From Oceanispirochaeta sp. (GTDB taxonomy: Bacteria; Spirochaetota; Spirochaetia; DSM-2461): DNA of 64,000 nucleotides. The notes under the pieces are model-generated. The model was not told the DNA's origin. It made no database searches and saw only the letters and a program-made list of their open reading frames with translations. The stretch is taken from positions 704,001-768,000 of the forward strand of contig CAXXXD010000004.1 in NCBI GenBank assembly GCA_963663385.2. The letters run 5' to 3'. The translations under genes were made by a program, and so were the position numbers. This document shows, piece after piece, positions 19,934-29,459 of the stretch (positions are counted from its first letter, which is position 1; the number at the start of each line of letters is the position of its first letter).

Positions 19934-20958
19934 AATTGAAACGACTTTCCAAAAGTACAGAACCCTATGTACTGGGCGCCATTATACTGCTGAGCCTGCT
20001 CATTCAGTTCAGAAGCGGCCAGTTCTTTACAGGAAATAATCTGGTGGATCTGAGCCGTTCTCTTATTGTTCCGGCACTGTTTGCCATAGGCGCCCAGATT
20101 GTTATTGTTTCAGGAGGAATTGATGTTTCCTTTCCCGCAATCGCCTCCCTGTCCATGTATATCACCACCAGAATCCTGCTGAGTGTGGATTATGCCGGAC
20201 CGATTATCCTCCCTTATCTGATGGGAGCGGTTTTCGGTATCGTTATGGGGCTGTTGAATGGTGTCCTGATCGGATTTTTCCGATTCCCCACACTCGTTGT
20301 TACATTGGGTACTTCCAGTCTGTATATAGGTATAATGCAGGGTGTTCTGGCTGCCCATGAGCTGCCGGTTCCTCCCGCCATGTTTGCCCATGGCAAAGCA
20401 AAGCTGTTTTCCGCCTACAATGCGGGGCTGGGGCTCAGTTCCGATATGCCTGTGACTATTTTTATTCTGATTTTCTTTCTCCTGGTTACCTTCCTTCTGC
20501 TCCGCTTTACCATGCTGGGAAGGGGTATCTATGCTCTGGGAGGGGATGAAGTTTCAGCGCAGAGGGCCGGTTTCAATATTCTGGGGATTAAGCTGTTTAT
20601 CTATTCCTATGTCGGTTTGATAGCAGGTATTGCCGGTATCGCCCGGGCTTGTATGATGCGGAACTGCCATCCTACCAACCTCCTCGGGATTGAGATGATC
20701 GTTATTGCTGCGGTTGTACTGGGGGGAACCAGGGTAACCGGTGGTTTGGGTTCCTTAACCGGGACCATGCTCGGTATGGCTTTGATGACTATCATGTCCA
20801 ACAGTCTCATTCTCCTCGGCATTTCAACATACTGGCAGAAAGTATTCACCGGAGCTATTATTCTGATCGGAACGGGAGTATCCGCCTCGCAGGTTTCCGG
20901 GAAGAGAAGAAAGAAAAAATCGGAAGGGGTTCCCGAAAAGAAGGAGGCTCTCTCATGA
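19930..20958 (+). CDS. Sugar ABC permease (CUT2)
   Basis: SGGIDVS, GRGIYALGG, IAAVVLGG. Confidence 0.93.
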   Translation: MKLKRLSKSTEPYVLGAIILLSLLIQFRSGQFFTGNNLVDLSRSLIVPALFAIGAQIVIVSGGIDVSFPAIASLSMYITTRILLSVDYAGPIILPYLMGAVFGIVMGLLNGVLIGFFRFPTLVVTLGTSSLYIGIMQGVLAAHELPVPPAMFAHGKAKLFSAYNAGLGLSSDMPVTIFILIFFLLVTFLLLRFTMLGRGIYALGGDEVSAQRAGFNILGIKLFIYSYVGLIAGIAGIARACMMRNCHPTNLLGIEMIVIAAVVLGGTRVTGGLGSLTGTMLGMALMTIMSNSLILLGISTYWQKVFTGAIILIGTGVSASQVSGKRRKKKSEGVPEKKEALS

Positions 20959-21971
20959 ACCTGAAAAACAGGATAACCACCAATTCCAACAATTTCCGTC
21001 TCTTTGTAATGCTTGTTGCAGTCTTTACGCTGATGAGCCTGATGAGGCCGGAGATTTTTCTCCGTTCCTGGAATCTGGTTTCCATGCTGAAACAGTTTCC
21101 CGAATACGGCCTTATGGCCGTCGGAATCAGTATTACCATGATTACCGGAGGAATAGACCTTGCGGTTGTCGGAACAGCAAACCTGTCGGCCATAATCACA
21201 GCCCGTTTTCTGATTGCCATGGTTCCCAAGGGAGCCCCCACCGGTTTCGTTATTATGATGATACTCCTGTCCATCGGTATCGCCGTGCTGATAGGAGCTG
21301 TCGCCGGTATTTTCAACGGGATTCTTATCTCCCGATTCAGGATCCCTCCCATTCTGGCAACACTTGGAACGCAGCAGCTTTTTACCGGGCTGGCCATTGT
21401 TGCAACCAGAGGAAGACCTATCAGCGGCCTGCCGATAATGTTCTCCCGGGTCGGAAACAAGACCCTTCTGGGATTCCTTCCCGTTCCTTTTATCATCTAT
21501 GCCGTAGCTGCTGTTCTGGTGGGGATTATGCTCTCCCGGACCCGCTTCGGTAAACAGATCTATCTGATTGGTACCAACCCGACGGCCTCACGGTATGCAG
21601 GGCTGAACAATACAATGATTCTGATTAAAACCTATATGATTTCCGGAATCCTTTCGGCGGTCGCCGGTCTGATTATGATGGCCCGGGTCAATTCGGCCAA
21701 GGCTGATTACGGTGCATCCTATACCCTGCAGTGCGTTCTGATTGCCGTGCTGGGCGGGGTTCATCCGGAAGGGGGATTCGGAAAAATCACCGGTGTTACC
21801 ATGGCGATTCTGATCCTCCAGATTCTTTCTTCCGGTTTGAACATGTTCGAGAATGTGAGCAACTTCTATCGGGATGTAATCTGGGGCGGTGTTCTGATTC
21901 TGGTTCTGATACTGAACTATGCCATTTCCCGCCGGAATACAAGAAAGGCACTGCGGGCTTCCCGCAGCTGA
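20955..21971 (+). CDS. Sugar ABC permease (CUT2)
   Basis: TGGIDLA, FGKQIYLIGTN, IAVLGG. Confidence 0.93.
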   Translation: MNLKNRITTNSNNFRLFVMLVAVFTLMSLMRPEIFLRSWNLVSMLKQFPEYGLMAVGISITMITGGIDLAVVGTANLSAIITARFLIAMVPKGAPTGFVIMMILLSIGIAVLIGAVAGIFNGILISRFRIPPILATLGTQQLFTGLAIVATRGRPISGLPIMFSRVGNKTLLGFLPVPFIIYAVAAVLVGIMLSRTRFGKQIYLIGTNPTASRYAGLNNTMILIKTYMISGILSAVAGLIMMARVNSAKADYGASYTLQCVLIAVLGGVHPEGGFGKITGVTMAILILQILSSGLNMFENVSNFYRDVIWGGVLILVLILNYAISRRNTRKALRASRS

Positions 21972-21982
21972 AAGGAGAGTTT

Positions 21983-22297
21983 ATGCAGCGCGTCGGATTT
22001 AAAATGAAGCTTCATCCCGGAAACGCGGAGGAGTATAAAAAACGTCATGATGAGATTTGGCCCGAGTTGAAGGAAGAGCTGCACGAGGCCGGCCTCAGAG
22101 AATTCAGTATCTTCCTGGACGAGGATAATCTGACTCTGTTTGCCTTTCATCTGCTTACAGCCGACAGGGACAATCCCGATCAGCCAGGCGGGGAAGTGCA
22201 GAGACGATGGTGGAAGTATATGGAGCCGCTTATGGAGTGCAATCCTGATTCTTCCCCTAAAATATGGCCTTTAAAAGAGGTCTTTTATCTTAAGTAA
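21983..22297 (+). CDS. rhaM: L-rhamnose mutarotase
   Basis: MQRVGFKMKL...EEYKKRHDEIWPEL...FSIFL...RRWWKYM...LKEVFYL; AGGAG RBS. Confidence 0.9.
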   Translation: MQRVGFKMKLHPGNAEEYKKRHDEIWPELKEELHEAGLREFSIFLDEDNLTLFAFHLLTADRDNPDQPGGEVQRRWWKYMEPLMECNPDSSPKIWPLKEVFYLK

Positions 22298-22319
22298 CAG
22301 CATGTGAAGGAGAAGCGTT

Positions 22320-23294
22320 ATGATTAAATATTCTGTAATTCTGGGCAATCTGGGCAATACCTGCGACCGTTTCCTTTCTTCGGGATATAAAGATGTGGAA
22401 ACGAAGGAAAGCCTTATACGGCAGGCTTCCGAGATAGACGGCGTCAAGGGAATTGAACTGGTGGGGACCTGGGATGTTACCATGGATAATGCCCTGGAAG
22501 TGAAACAGATGCTGGACCATTACGGACTGGAGTGCGTCTCTATTATCCCCGATCATTTCAGTCAGAAGAAGTGGGGGCGGGGAACCCTTTCCGCCAAGGA
22601 TGCCTCAACCCGGCAGATGGCACTGGATTATACGGCGGAGTGTGTGGAGATCGCCCGGAAACTGAACTGCGGGATTCTGAATATATGGCCCGGACAGGAC
22701 GGTTACGATTATCATCTGCAGAGCGATCTGGTTCAGGAACGCCGCTGGCTGATGGAAAATCTGAGGAAACTGGCTTCCGATGCCCCGGATATCAGATTCT
22801 CTCTGGAATATAAACCCAAGGAACCCCGGAATTTTTCCTTTATGGCCCGGGCTTCAGATACACTGCTTCTGGCCAAGGAGATAGGACTGGATAATGTGGG
22901 TGTAACTATCGATACGGGGCATTCATTTGTTGCCGGAGAAAATGTGTCGGAAGCAGCAGTCATACTTCAGGAGTATGGGCAGAAACTCTTTCATATGCAT
23001 TTCAATGATAATTACAACAGTTGGGATGACGATATGATTGTGGGAAGCGTACACTTCCCCCTGTATGTGGAACTCCTTTACTGGCTGGAGGAAACCGGGT
23101 ATAACGGCTGGTACTCAATGGATCAGTACCCATACAGGGAGGATGGCAAAGCTGCTGTCGAAGCCAGTGTAAAGTACCTGCAGATGATTGAGCGGCTGCT
23201 GACTCCTCAGGCCAGGAACGAAATAAAGGACCTTTTGAAAGAGGGCAATGCCGTACGGTCTCAAACCTGGCTGCGGGAGACTTTCTTTAAATAG
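22320..23294 (+). CDS. Xylose isomerase-like TIM-barrel sugar isomerase/epimerase
   Basis: WPGQDG, LEYKPKEPR, IDTGHS, HMHFNDNYNSWDDDMIVG, DQYPYRED. Confidence 0.88.
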   Translation: MIKYSVILGNLGNTCDRFLSSGYKDVETKESLIRQASEIDGVKGIELVGTWDVTMDNALEVKQMLDHYGLECVSIIPDHFSQKKWGRGTLSAKDASTRQMALDYTAECVEIARKLNCGILNIWPGQDGYDYHLQSDLVQERRWLMENLRKLASDAPDIRFSLEYKPKEPRNFSFMARASDTLLLAKEIGLDNVGVTIDTGHSFVAGENVSEAAVILQEYGQKLFHMHFNDNYNSWDDDMIVGSVHFPLYVELLYWLEETGYNGWYSMDQYPYREDGKAAVEASVKYLQMIERLLTPQARNEIKDLLKEGNAVRSQTWLRETFFK

Positions 23295-23324
23295 TACGTA
23301 TTTTTTCTTTGATAGAACACTTCG

Positions 23325-23354
23325 ACCGCTGTTCCTCCGGGGCAGCGGTTTTTT
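23325..23354 (+). terminator. Rho-independent terminator
   Basis: ACCGCTG...CAGCGGT followed by a T run. Confidence 0.8.
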
Positions 23355-23402
23355 AATTAATGTATGCTTTTTATCAAACGAAGAACATGTGTAGATTTAA
23401 TG

Positions 23403-23610
23403 TTTCGTATGAAATGAAATATAATTTCGAAAGAAAGCTTAGGGCTGGTGAAAAATATCATATGAAAAATATGTATAATCATACGAAAATAAATAACAAT
23501 CATATGAAATTTATGTTGACAGGTGGTAATCCCGGTGATAACATCTCTCATATAAATCATCATACGAAAAATATTAAGATTCACATGAAAGCAAATAGTC
23601 TTCGAAAAGA
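23403..23610. promoter_or_regulatory. Phased operator array (site C) around the promoter of ABC operon 3
   Basis: Cores CGTATG 23406, CGAAAG 23428, CATATG 23459, CATACG 23480, CATATG 23501, CATACG 23561, CACATG 23582, CGAAAA 23603; promoter TTGACA-17-TAACAT at 23516-23544. Confidence 0.75.
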
Positions 23611-23725
23611 AGAAAGTGAACAGCTTGCGCTTAGTGAAATAGGGTTTGATTCCAGAGCTGAGTCGGGATTCAAAATCTGCGAGGCCCTGCCTGGATAAAA
23701 TATGTATCTATCAAAAGGAGAGAGT

Positions 23726-24682
23726 ATGAAAAAGAAACTCTGCGTAATTATTAGTGTTTGTCTGCTGATGAGCTCAATGGTATTTGCCAATGGACAGCAG
23801 GATGGAGTTAAAGAGGGAACTCCCAGGGTTGCCTTCATTCCCGGTGATATGGCAAACGAGTCTCAGGCATTTGCAGCAAAGATGTTCGAAAAGCATGCCG
23901 CGGAGTATGGATTTGAGGTCATCATTCTCGATGGAAAGGGTGATGCTCAGGTTCAGGCACAGGTTGTGAACAATGCTATTGCCCAGAAACTGGAGGCAAT
24001 CTATATAAATCCGAATGACATCAATGCCATCATTCCCAGTCTGATGCAGGCAAAACAGGCCGGTTTGATTGTCGGCATGTTTTCTTCCGACGTTCCTGAA
24101 GCTCAGGAAAGTGTCAGGGATTTCTTTGTCGGTGTAAATGACAATATGGCCGGAGAGGCCGCCGGTGAAGCATTTCTTTCCAATTTTCCGGGGGGGGCAA
24201 ATATTGTGGAAATCGGTGGACAGTCCGGCCATGATGCCCAGATAAAAAGGCATGACGGTTTTAACAGCGCCATCAGCGGTACAAATATCAGGGTTATTGA
24301 CTATAAAGCGACCCAGCAGTGGGCAACTGCGGAAGCAATGGCCATTATGGAAGATATGATTGTTAAAAACGGTGACCGGATTGATGGCGTTTTCTGTCAC
24401 TGGGATAACGGCGCTACAGGTATTCTGGGGGCCCTGAAAGCTGCCGGAATGGAAGGTAAGTACATTGTCGCTGTTGATGGAAACAGAGCGGGGTTTGATC
24501 AGGTCCGAAGCGGCGAACAGAGTGTCACAATTATGCAGAACTTTGAAACTTTTGCCATAAAATCTCTGGAGATGACACGGACTATCCTGGATGGCGGCAA
24601 GATTGATACACCCGTAAACTTTGTTCCTCTCGATATAGTCAGCCTTGAGAATATAGATCAGTTTACACCTCCCGAATGGTAA
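23726..24682 (+). CDS. Sugar ABC substrate-binding protein (RbsB-like)
   Basis: Signal peptide ...VFANG; DAQVQAQ; GHDAQIKRHDGF; FCHWDNG; AVDGN. Confidence 0.92.
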   Translation: MKKKLCVIISVCLLMSSMVFANGQQDGVKEGTPRVAFIPGDMANESQAFAAKMFEKHAAEYGFEVIILDGKGDAQVQAQVVNNAIAQKLEAIYINPNDINAIIPSLMQAKQAGLIVGMFSSDVPEAQESVRDFFVGVNDNMAGEAAGEAFLSNFPGGANIVEIGGQSGHDAQIKRHDGFNSAISGTNIRVIDYKATQQWATAEAMAIMEDMIVKNGDRIDGVFCHWDNGATGILGALKAAGMEGKYIVAVDGNRAGFDQVRSGEQSVTIMQNFETFAIKSLEMTRTILDGGKIDTPVNFVPLDIVSLENIDQFTPPEW

Positions 24683-24707
24683 TAATTTGTCATGTAAAAA
24701 AGTAGAA

Positions 24708-24741
24708 ATGACTCGTTTCGGGCTGGACCGGAACGGGTCAT
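24708..24741 (+). terminator. Stem-loop after the SBP gene
   Basis: ATGACTCGTTTCGG...CCGGAACGGGTCAT. Confidence 0.6.
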
Positions 24742-24774
24742 CCTGTCGGAACAATTGTTATGAGGTTAGGGAGA

Positions 24775-26280
24775 ATGAAAGAAAAGGAACCGGAAGTCAT
24801 TCTATCGGTTAAGGATGTAAGTAAGGCATTTCCGGGAGTTAAAGCTCTGGATCAGGTTTCCATTGATGTCCAGAGAGGATCTGTCCATGGAATTGTAGGA
24901 GAAAACGGCGCCGGTAAGTCGACTCTGATGAAAATACTGTCCGGAGTATACAGGAAAGACTCCGGAACCATTATTTTTGATGGGGAAAATATCAAAACCA
25001 CAACCCCTCTGCAGTCAATGCAGAGGGGGCTGAGTATTATTTACCAGGAGTTGAACCTTGTTGACACCATGACCGTTGGTGAGAACGTATTCCTGGGCCG
25101 GTTCAAGGAACTGAGGGGGATGCGGAATACCCATGCCAGGGCAAAAGAACTTTTGAACAGTATCGCCTGTTCTATTGATACACATACAATGATTTCGGAA
25201 TTGAGTGTTTCCGAAAAACAGATGGTGGAGATAACCAAGGCACTGTCGTTTGATTCAAAACTGATAATAATGGATGAACCCAGCAGCAGTTTGACAAGCG
25301 AAGAAATGAATGAGCTGGAAGTGATTATTCATCAGCTGAAAGAGAAAGGAATCTCCATTATTTATATCAGTCACAAACTGGATGAAATCTTTGATTTCTG
25401 TGACCGTGTTACTGTTATGCGCGACGGGAAGGTTATCGATACAAAACCGATTGGAGAAATTGACCGCAGCGAGATGATAGCCAAAATGGTCGGCCGTACC
25501 ATTGAGAACGAATTCCCCGAACGGCCCCGCTGTGTCGGCGGTACACTGATGAAAGTTCAGTCCATCAATACTTCCAGGCTGAGTAATGTTTCATTTGAAC
25601 TGAAGAAAGGGGAGATCCTCGGATTAGTCGGACTGGTAGGGGCCGGCCGGACAGAAATTGTCCGGGCGATTTTCGGAGCCGACAAGGTAAAGGGTCATAA
25701 GATATCCATCAACGGAAATCCGGTTAAAATCAGAAAACCCTCTGATGCCAAAAAGGCCGGGGTCTGTCTTGTTCCCGAAGACCGGAAACTCCAGGGGCTT
25801 GTTCTGCCATTTTCTGTTGAATCCAATATCACTCTTGCCAGTCTGGATAGAATCACCAGGTTCGGATTTTTGAATAAATCGAAAGAGAAAGAGATTGCAG
25901 AGAAACATATAAAAAGACTGGGAGTTAAAACGCCATCGGCAAAAACCCGGGTTGAAAGCCTTTCGGGGGGGAATCAGCAGAAATGCATTGTCGGCCGGTG
26001 GATGGAACTCGACCCGAGCATCCTTATTCTGGATGAACCTACCAGGGGAATTGATGTAGGGGCCAAGTTTGAAATCTATCTTCTTATGAAACAGATTGTA
26101 GAGAACGGCGGTTCCGTAATTCTTATTTCCTCGGAACTTCCGGAAGTTCTTAATATGAGTAATCGTGTTTTGACCATTTGTGACGGGCGGATTACCGGAG
26201 AGTTTAATCCTGAAGAAGCCTCTGCAGATGCCATTATGGCGAAGTCTCTGGAATTTAAAGATAAAGGAGCTGCACAATGA
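24775..26280 (+). CDS. Sugar ABC ATP-binding protein (RbsA-like)
   Basis: GENGAGKST, MDEPSS, ISHKLDE, LSGGNQQK, LDEPTRGIDVGAK. Confidence 0.95.
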   Translation: MKEKEPEVILSVKDVSKAFPGVKALDQVSIDVQRGSVHGIVGENGAGKSTLMKILSGVYRKDSGTIIFDGENIKTTTPLQSMQRGLSIIYQELNLVDTMTVGENVFLGRFKELRGMRNTHARAKELLNSIACSIDTHTMISELSVSEKQMVEITKALSFDSKLIIMDEPSSSLTSEEMNELEVIIHQLKEKGISIIYISHKLDEIFDFCDRVTVMRDGKVIDTKPIGEIDRSEMIAKMVGRTIENEFPERPRCVGGTLMKVQSINTSRLSNVSFELKKGEILGLVGLVGAGRTEIVRAIFGADKVKGHKISINGNPVKIRKPSDAKKAGVCLVPEDRKLQGLVLPFSVESNITLASLDRITRFGFLNKSKEKEIAEKHIKRLGVKTPSAKTRVESLSGGNQQKCIVGRWMELDPSILILDEPTRGIDVGAKFEIYLLMKQIVENGGSVILISSELPEVLNMSNRVLTICDGRITGEFNPEEASADAIMAKSLEFKDKGAAQ

Positions 26281-27284
26281 TGGACCAGTTGACCCTGAAA
26301 AATGGATTATTGAATAGGAAGCCCGATATGGCCGGCTGCTTTTCATCACTCTTTAAGGAGTACCTTGTTCTAGCCGCTATCGGTCTGCTGGTTCTGGTAA
26401 CAGCTATTGCTGAACCGAAATTCCTGTCTGCGGCAAACCTGACTAATATTATGCGGCAGTTCGGACCATTGATTATGGTGGCTCTGGGCATGACATTTGT
26501 TATTATCGGCGGATTTATAGATCTTTCGGTGGCCGGCATTATGTCGCTGGTAGCTGTTGTCACTCTATCGCTTATTGAACCTCTCGGGCAGATTCCCGCC
26601 TTGATCCTCGGACTGAGCCTGGGAGCCTTCTGCGGTTTATTCAACAGTTTTCTTGTCCTGGTCAGCGGTGCTGTAACACAGGCGGAGGCGCTTTTCATCA
26701 CTTTCGGTATGAGTGTCGTCTATGGCGGAGCCGCTTTGATCTATACAGGCGGCGTGACCGATCATATGAGCTATATAGAAAGAGATTATTCGGTTTTTAC
26801 AAGTATAGGGACAGGAACACTGGGTATTTTCTCGGTATCGTTTCTGATTTTTCTCTTTGCCCTTTTTGTACTTTTTATTTTTCAGAGCAAAACCTATATG
26901 GGAAGAACCATCAGCCTTATCGGAGGGAATAAAACCGCCGCCGGATTATCGGGAATCTCAATAGGCAAGGGTATTATGACGATCTATACCGTATCAGGTT
27001 TGATGACAGCTCTCGGAGCCATTGTCCTTTTTTCCAGGGTCACAACGGCATCTCCCGTTATCGGAAAAAACTTTGATACAAATGCCATCCTGGCTGTTGT
27101 CGTAGGCGGGACCTCTCTGTCGGGAGGGAAAGGCAGTGTTATCCGGACCGTTCTGGGAACAATGCTGGTTATTCTTCTTGCCAACTGCATGAATCTTCTG
27201 GGTGTTTCTGTCTATATGCAGAATGTTATGAAAGGGGCCATCCTTATCCTGGCCATCTGGCTGGACAGCCGAAAACAGAAATAG
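26277..27284 (+). CDS. Sugar ABC permease (RbsC-like)
   Basis: GMTFVIIGGFIDLSV, AVVVGGTSLSGGKG. Confidence 0.93.
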   Translation: MMDQLTLKNGLLNRKPDMAGCFSSLFKEYLVLAAIGLLVLVTAIAEPKFLSAANLTNIMRQFGPLIMVALGMTFVIIGGFIDLSVAGIMSLVAVVTLSLIEPLGQIPALILGLSLGAFCGLFNSFLVLVSGAVTQAEALFITFGMSVVYGGAALIYTGGVTDHMSYIERDYSVFTSIGTGTLGIFSVSFLIFLFALFVLFIFQSKTYMGRTISLIGGNKTAAGLSGISIGKGIMTIYTVSGLMTALGAIVLFSRVTTASPVIGKNFDTNAILAVVVGGTSLSGGKGSVIRTVLGTMLVILLANCMNLLGVSVYMQNVMKGAILILAIWLDSRKQK

Positions 27285-27296
27285 GAGATTCCCTGA

Positions 27297-28256
27297 ATGA
27301 ATGATCTTAATAGAAAATTCTTTATTATGGTAACCAGACAAAAGGCATTCCTGGCAGTTCTTGCCATGTTTTTTATGATGCTTTTTTTTAAAACCAATTT
27401 CTTTACAGGTTTTAATCTTTTCGATCTTGTGAATTCCGCCTCTATTCTGCTTATACTGGCGTTTGGCATTACCCTTGTAATCATAGCCGGCGGGATTGAT
27501 CTTTCCATAGGCGGGACTATGGCTCTGTCCGGCATTATCTGTATTAAATTTCTGAACTCGATGCCAATAGTCCCGGCGATTACGGGAACCCTTCTCGTGG
27601 GAGCTCTAATCGGCATGGTTAACGGTTATCTGGTTGTGTATCAGAAAACTGAGCCCTTTATCATCACTCTGGGAATGGGTATTTTCCTGACGGGACTGGC
27701 CCAGCAGATTACGGACGCCCATCCCATTGCAGCCTCAAATCTCAATTTTATGATGATTGCCAACGGGCGGCTGTTTAATGTTATCCCCAATCTCGTGATT
27801 ATAATGCTGCTGGTATTTGCCGTAACATTCCGGATTCTCCGTTATACCCAGTTTGGAAGAAACTGTTATGCCGTTGGAGGAGACTATGACGTGGCAAAAT
27901 ACTCCGGGATCAATGTCCGGCGGATCAGATCGGCTACATATGTACTGTGCGGTACTGCCGCGGCTCTGGGAGGGGTCATGCTCTCTTCCAAGCTGAACTC
28001 AGGTTCCTCCGTTTACGGGGATGCTACCGCTCTGACTGTTATCAGCGGTGTTGTTGTAGGAGGAACATCCCTGGCCGGCGGTGTAGGGGGTGTCACCCAG
28101 ACGGCAGTCGGGCTCCTTGTGTTCGGTGTTATGGAAAATGCCATGAATATGCTGGGGATCGATTCCTATGTACAGATGATCCTGCGGGGGGTTGTTATTG
28201 TGAGCATCCTCTGTCTTGACAGCTACGGTCGCAAGCGCAAACGGGAAGCCGTATAA
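27297..28256 (+). CDS. Sugar ABC permease (RbsC-like)
   Basis: AGGIDLSIG, FGRNCYAVGG, VVVGGTSLAGG. Confidence 0.93.
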   Translation: MNDLNRKFFIMVTRQKAFLAVLAMFFMMLFFKTNFFTGFNLFDLVNSASILLILAFGITLVIIAGGIDLSIGGTMALSGIICIKFLNSMPIVPAITGTLLVGALIGMVNGYLVVYQKTEPFIITLGMGIFLTGLAQQITDAHPIAASNLNFMMIANGRLFNVIPNLVIIMLLVFAVTFRILRYTQFGRNCYAVGGDYDVAKYSGINVRRIRSATYVLCGTAAALGGVMLSSKLNSGSSVYGDATALTVISGVVVGGTSLAGGVGGVTQTAVGLLVFGVMENAMNMLGIDSYVQMILRGVVIVSILCLDSYGRKRKREAV

Positions 28257-28260
28257 TCCT

Positions 28261-29226
28261 ATGGAGAAATTACTGTGCGGCGTGGATCTGGGAGGAACGA
28301 AACTTGCGGCGGCTCTCTTCAAACAGGATGGAACCCTGATCGCTAAAAAGCTTGTATACGATCACCGGAAGGACTCCTGTGATGAAGTTGTTCAGGTCAT
28401 TGTCGAACTTCTGGGGAAACTCTTTAGGGAGAATGGAGTAGACACCGCCCGGATTGCGGGAATCGGAACAGCACTGGCCGGTCATATACTGTACGAAGAA
28501 GGTAAAATCATCACCACAAGTAATTTCCCGGTCAACATGCAGGGGTATCCCTTTGCAGACAGACTGGGCGCTTACTTTCCCGGTGTGAAAATCCTGCTGG
28601 ACAATGATGCCAACGCCCAGGCCTACGGAGAGTATAAATATGGCGCCGGGCGGGGCTCCGGATCACTGGTTTTTGTTACGGTCAGTACAGGACTCGGCAG
28701 CGGGATAATCCTGGATGGAAAGGTGATTCGGGGGCAGAGCGGTACGGCGGGAGAGATCGGACACTGTATCGTTGATTATAAATCCGATGTAAGGTGCAGC
28801 TGCGGTAATTTCGGCTGTGCCATGGCACTGGCTTCGGGACTGTTCTTTCCTGATCTTTACAGTATGTATATGAAACAAGGTCTTTACAGCACTATTGATA
28901 TAACAGAAGAGAATGTCGGTCAGGTTGACGGCAGGATGATTCTGGAGGGGATTCGCGCAGAAGATCCTGTTTCCTGTGCGGTTGCGGAAAATTCGGCTGT
29001 TGTTGTAGGAACCAGCCTCTTCAATATCTTCTCAATGCTGGATCCGGAACTTGTCGTTCTCGGCGGTGGTCTGATGGCTCTCGGGAAAGACTATATTAAG
29101 CGGATCATTGAGGAATTTCACTCTCATACCCATGGAATGATGTATAGGGAGATGAAGATCAAGCTGGCTGAAACCGGTGCTGACGCCGGATTGTTGGGAG
29201 CCGCTTCACTTATTCTGGAGGGGTAA
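28261..29226 (+). CDS. ROK family sugar kinase (paralog 2)
   Basis: GVDLGGTK, DNDANA, AGEIGH, CSCGNFGC; closely similar to the gene at 15042-16007. Confidence 0.92.
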   Translation: MEKLLCGVDLGGTKLAAALFKQDGTLIAKKLVYDHRKDSCDEVVQVIVELLGKLFRENGVDTARIAGIGTALAGHILYEEGKIITTSNFPVNMQGYPFADRLGAYFPGVKILLDNDANAQAYGEYKYGAGRGSGSLVFVTVSTGLGSGIILDGKVIRGQSGTAGEIGHCIVDYKSDVRCSCGNFGCAMALASGLFFPDLYSMYMKQGLYSTIDITEENVGQVDGRMILEGIRAEDPVSCAVAENSAVVVGTSLFNIFSMLDPELVVLGGGLMALGKDYIKRIIEEFHSHTHGMMYREMKIKLAETGADAGLLGAASLILEG

Positions 29227-29267
29227 ATCATTCCTTTCGGAATCAGTTTGTACTGTCAGAATCTGTT

Positions 29268-29302
29268 AAACTCATCGGGACATTCCCGGTGAGTTTTTTT
29301 TT
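29268..29302 (+). terminator. Rho-independent terminator
   Basis: AAACTCATCGGGA-CAT-TCCCGGTGAGTTT followed by a T run. Confidence 0.8.
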
Positions 29303-29459
29303 GCCGTCCGGAAACTGCCCGGTTCAGATCAGTTCCTCTTTTTTGTCTACCGGAGGCGATCGTCTACTGATTGTTCCGGGTGCCGATTACTATAGGCCCG
29401 TCAGAAATGAATGCGGAATGGATGCGGGTTGATAAAGGGAGCAACCCGCAGAAATCCGG

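Noticed and set aside
23403..23610. Possible CRISPR array or iterons
   Set aside because: Units are about 12 bp, degenerate, with about 10-bp gaps, and no cas or rep genes are present; the same box recurs at three other promoters.
23360..23698. 112-aa ORF, and the antisense 75-aa and 85-aa ORFs
   Set aside because: The repetitive HMK/HTK content is simply the translation of the operator array; there is no RBS or recognisable domain.
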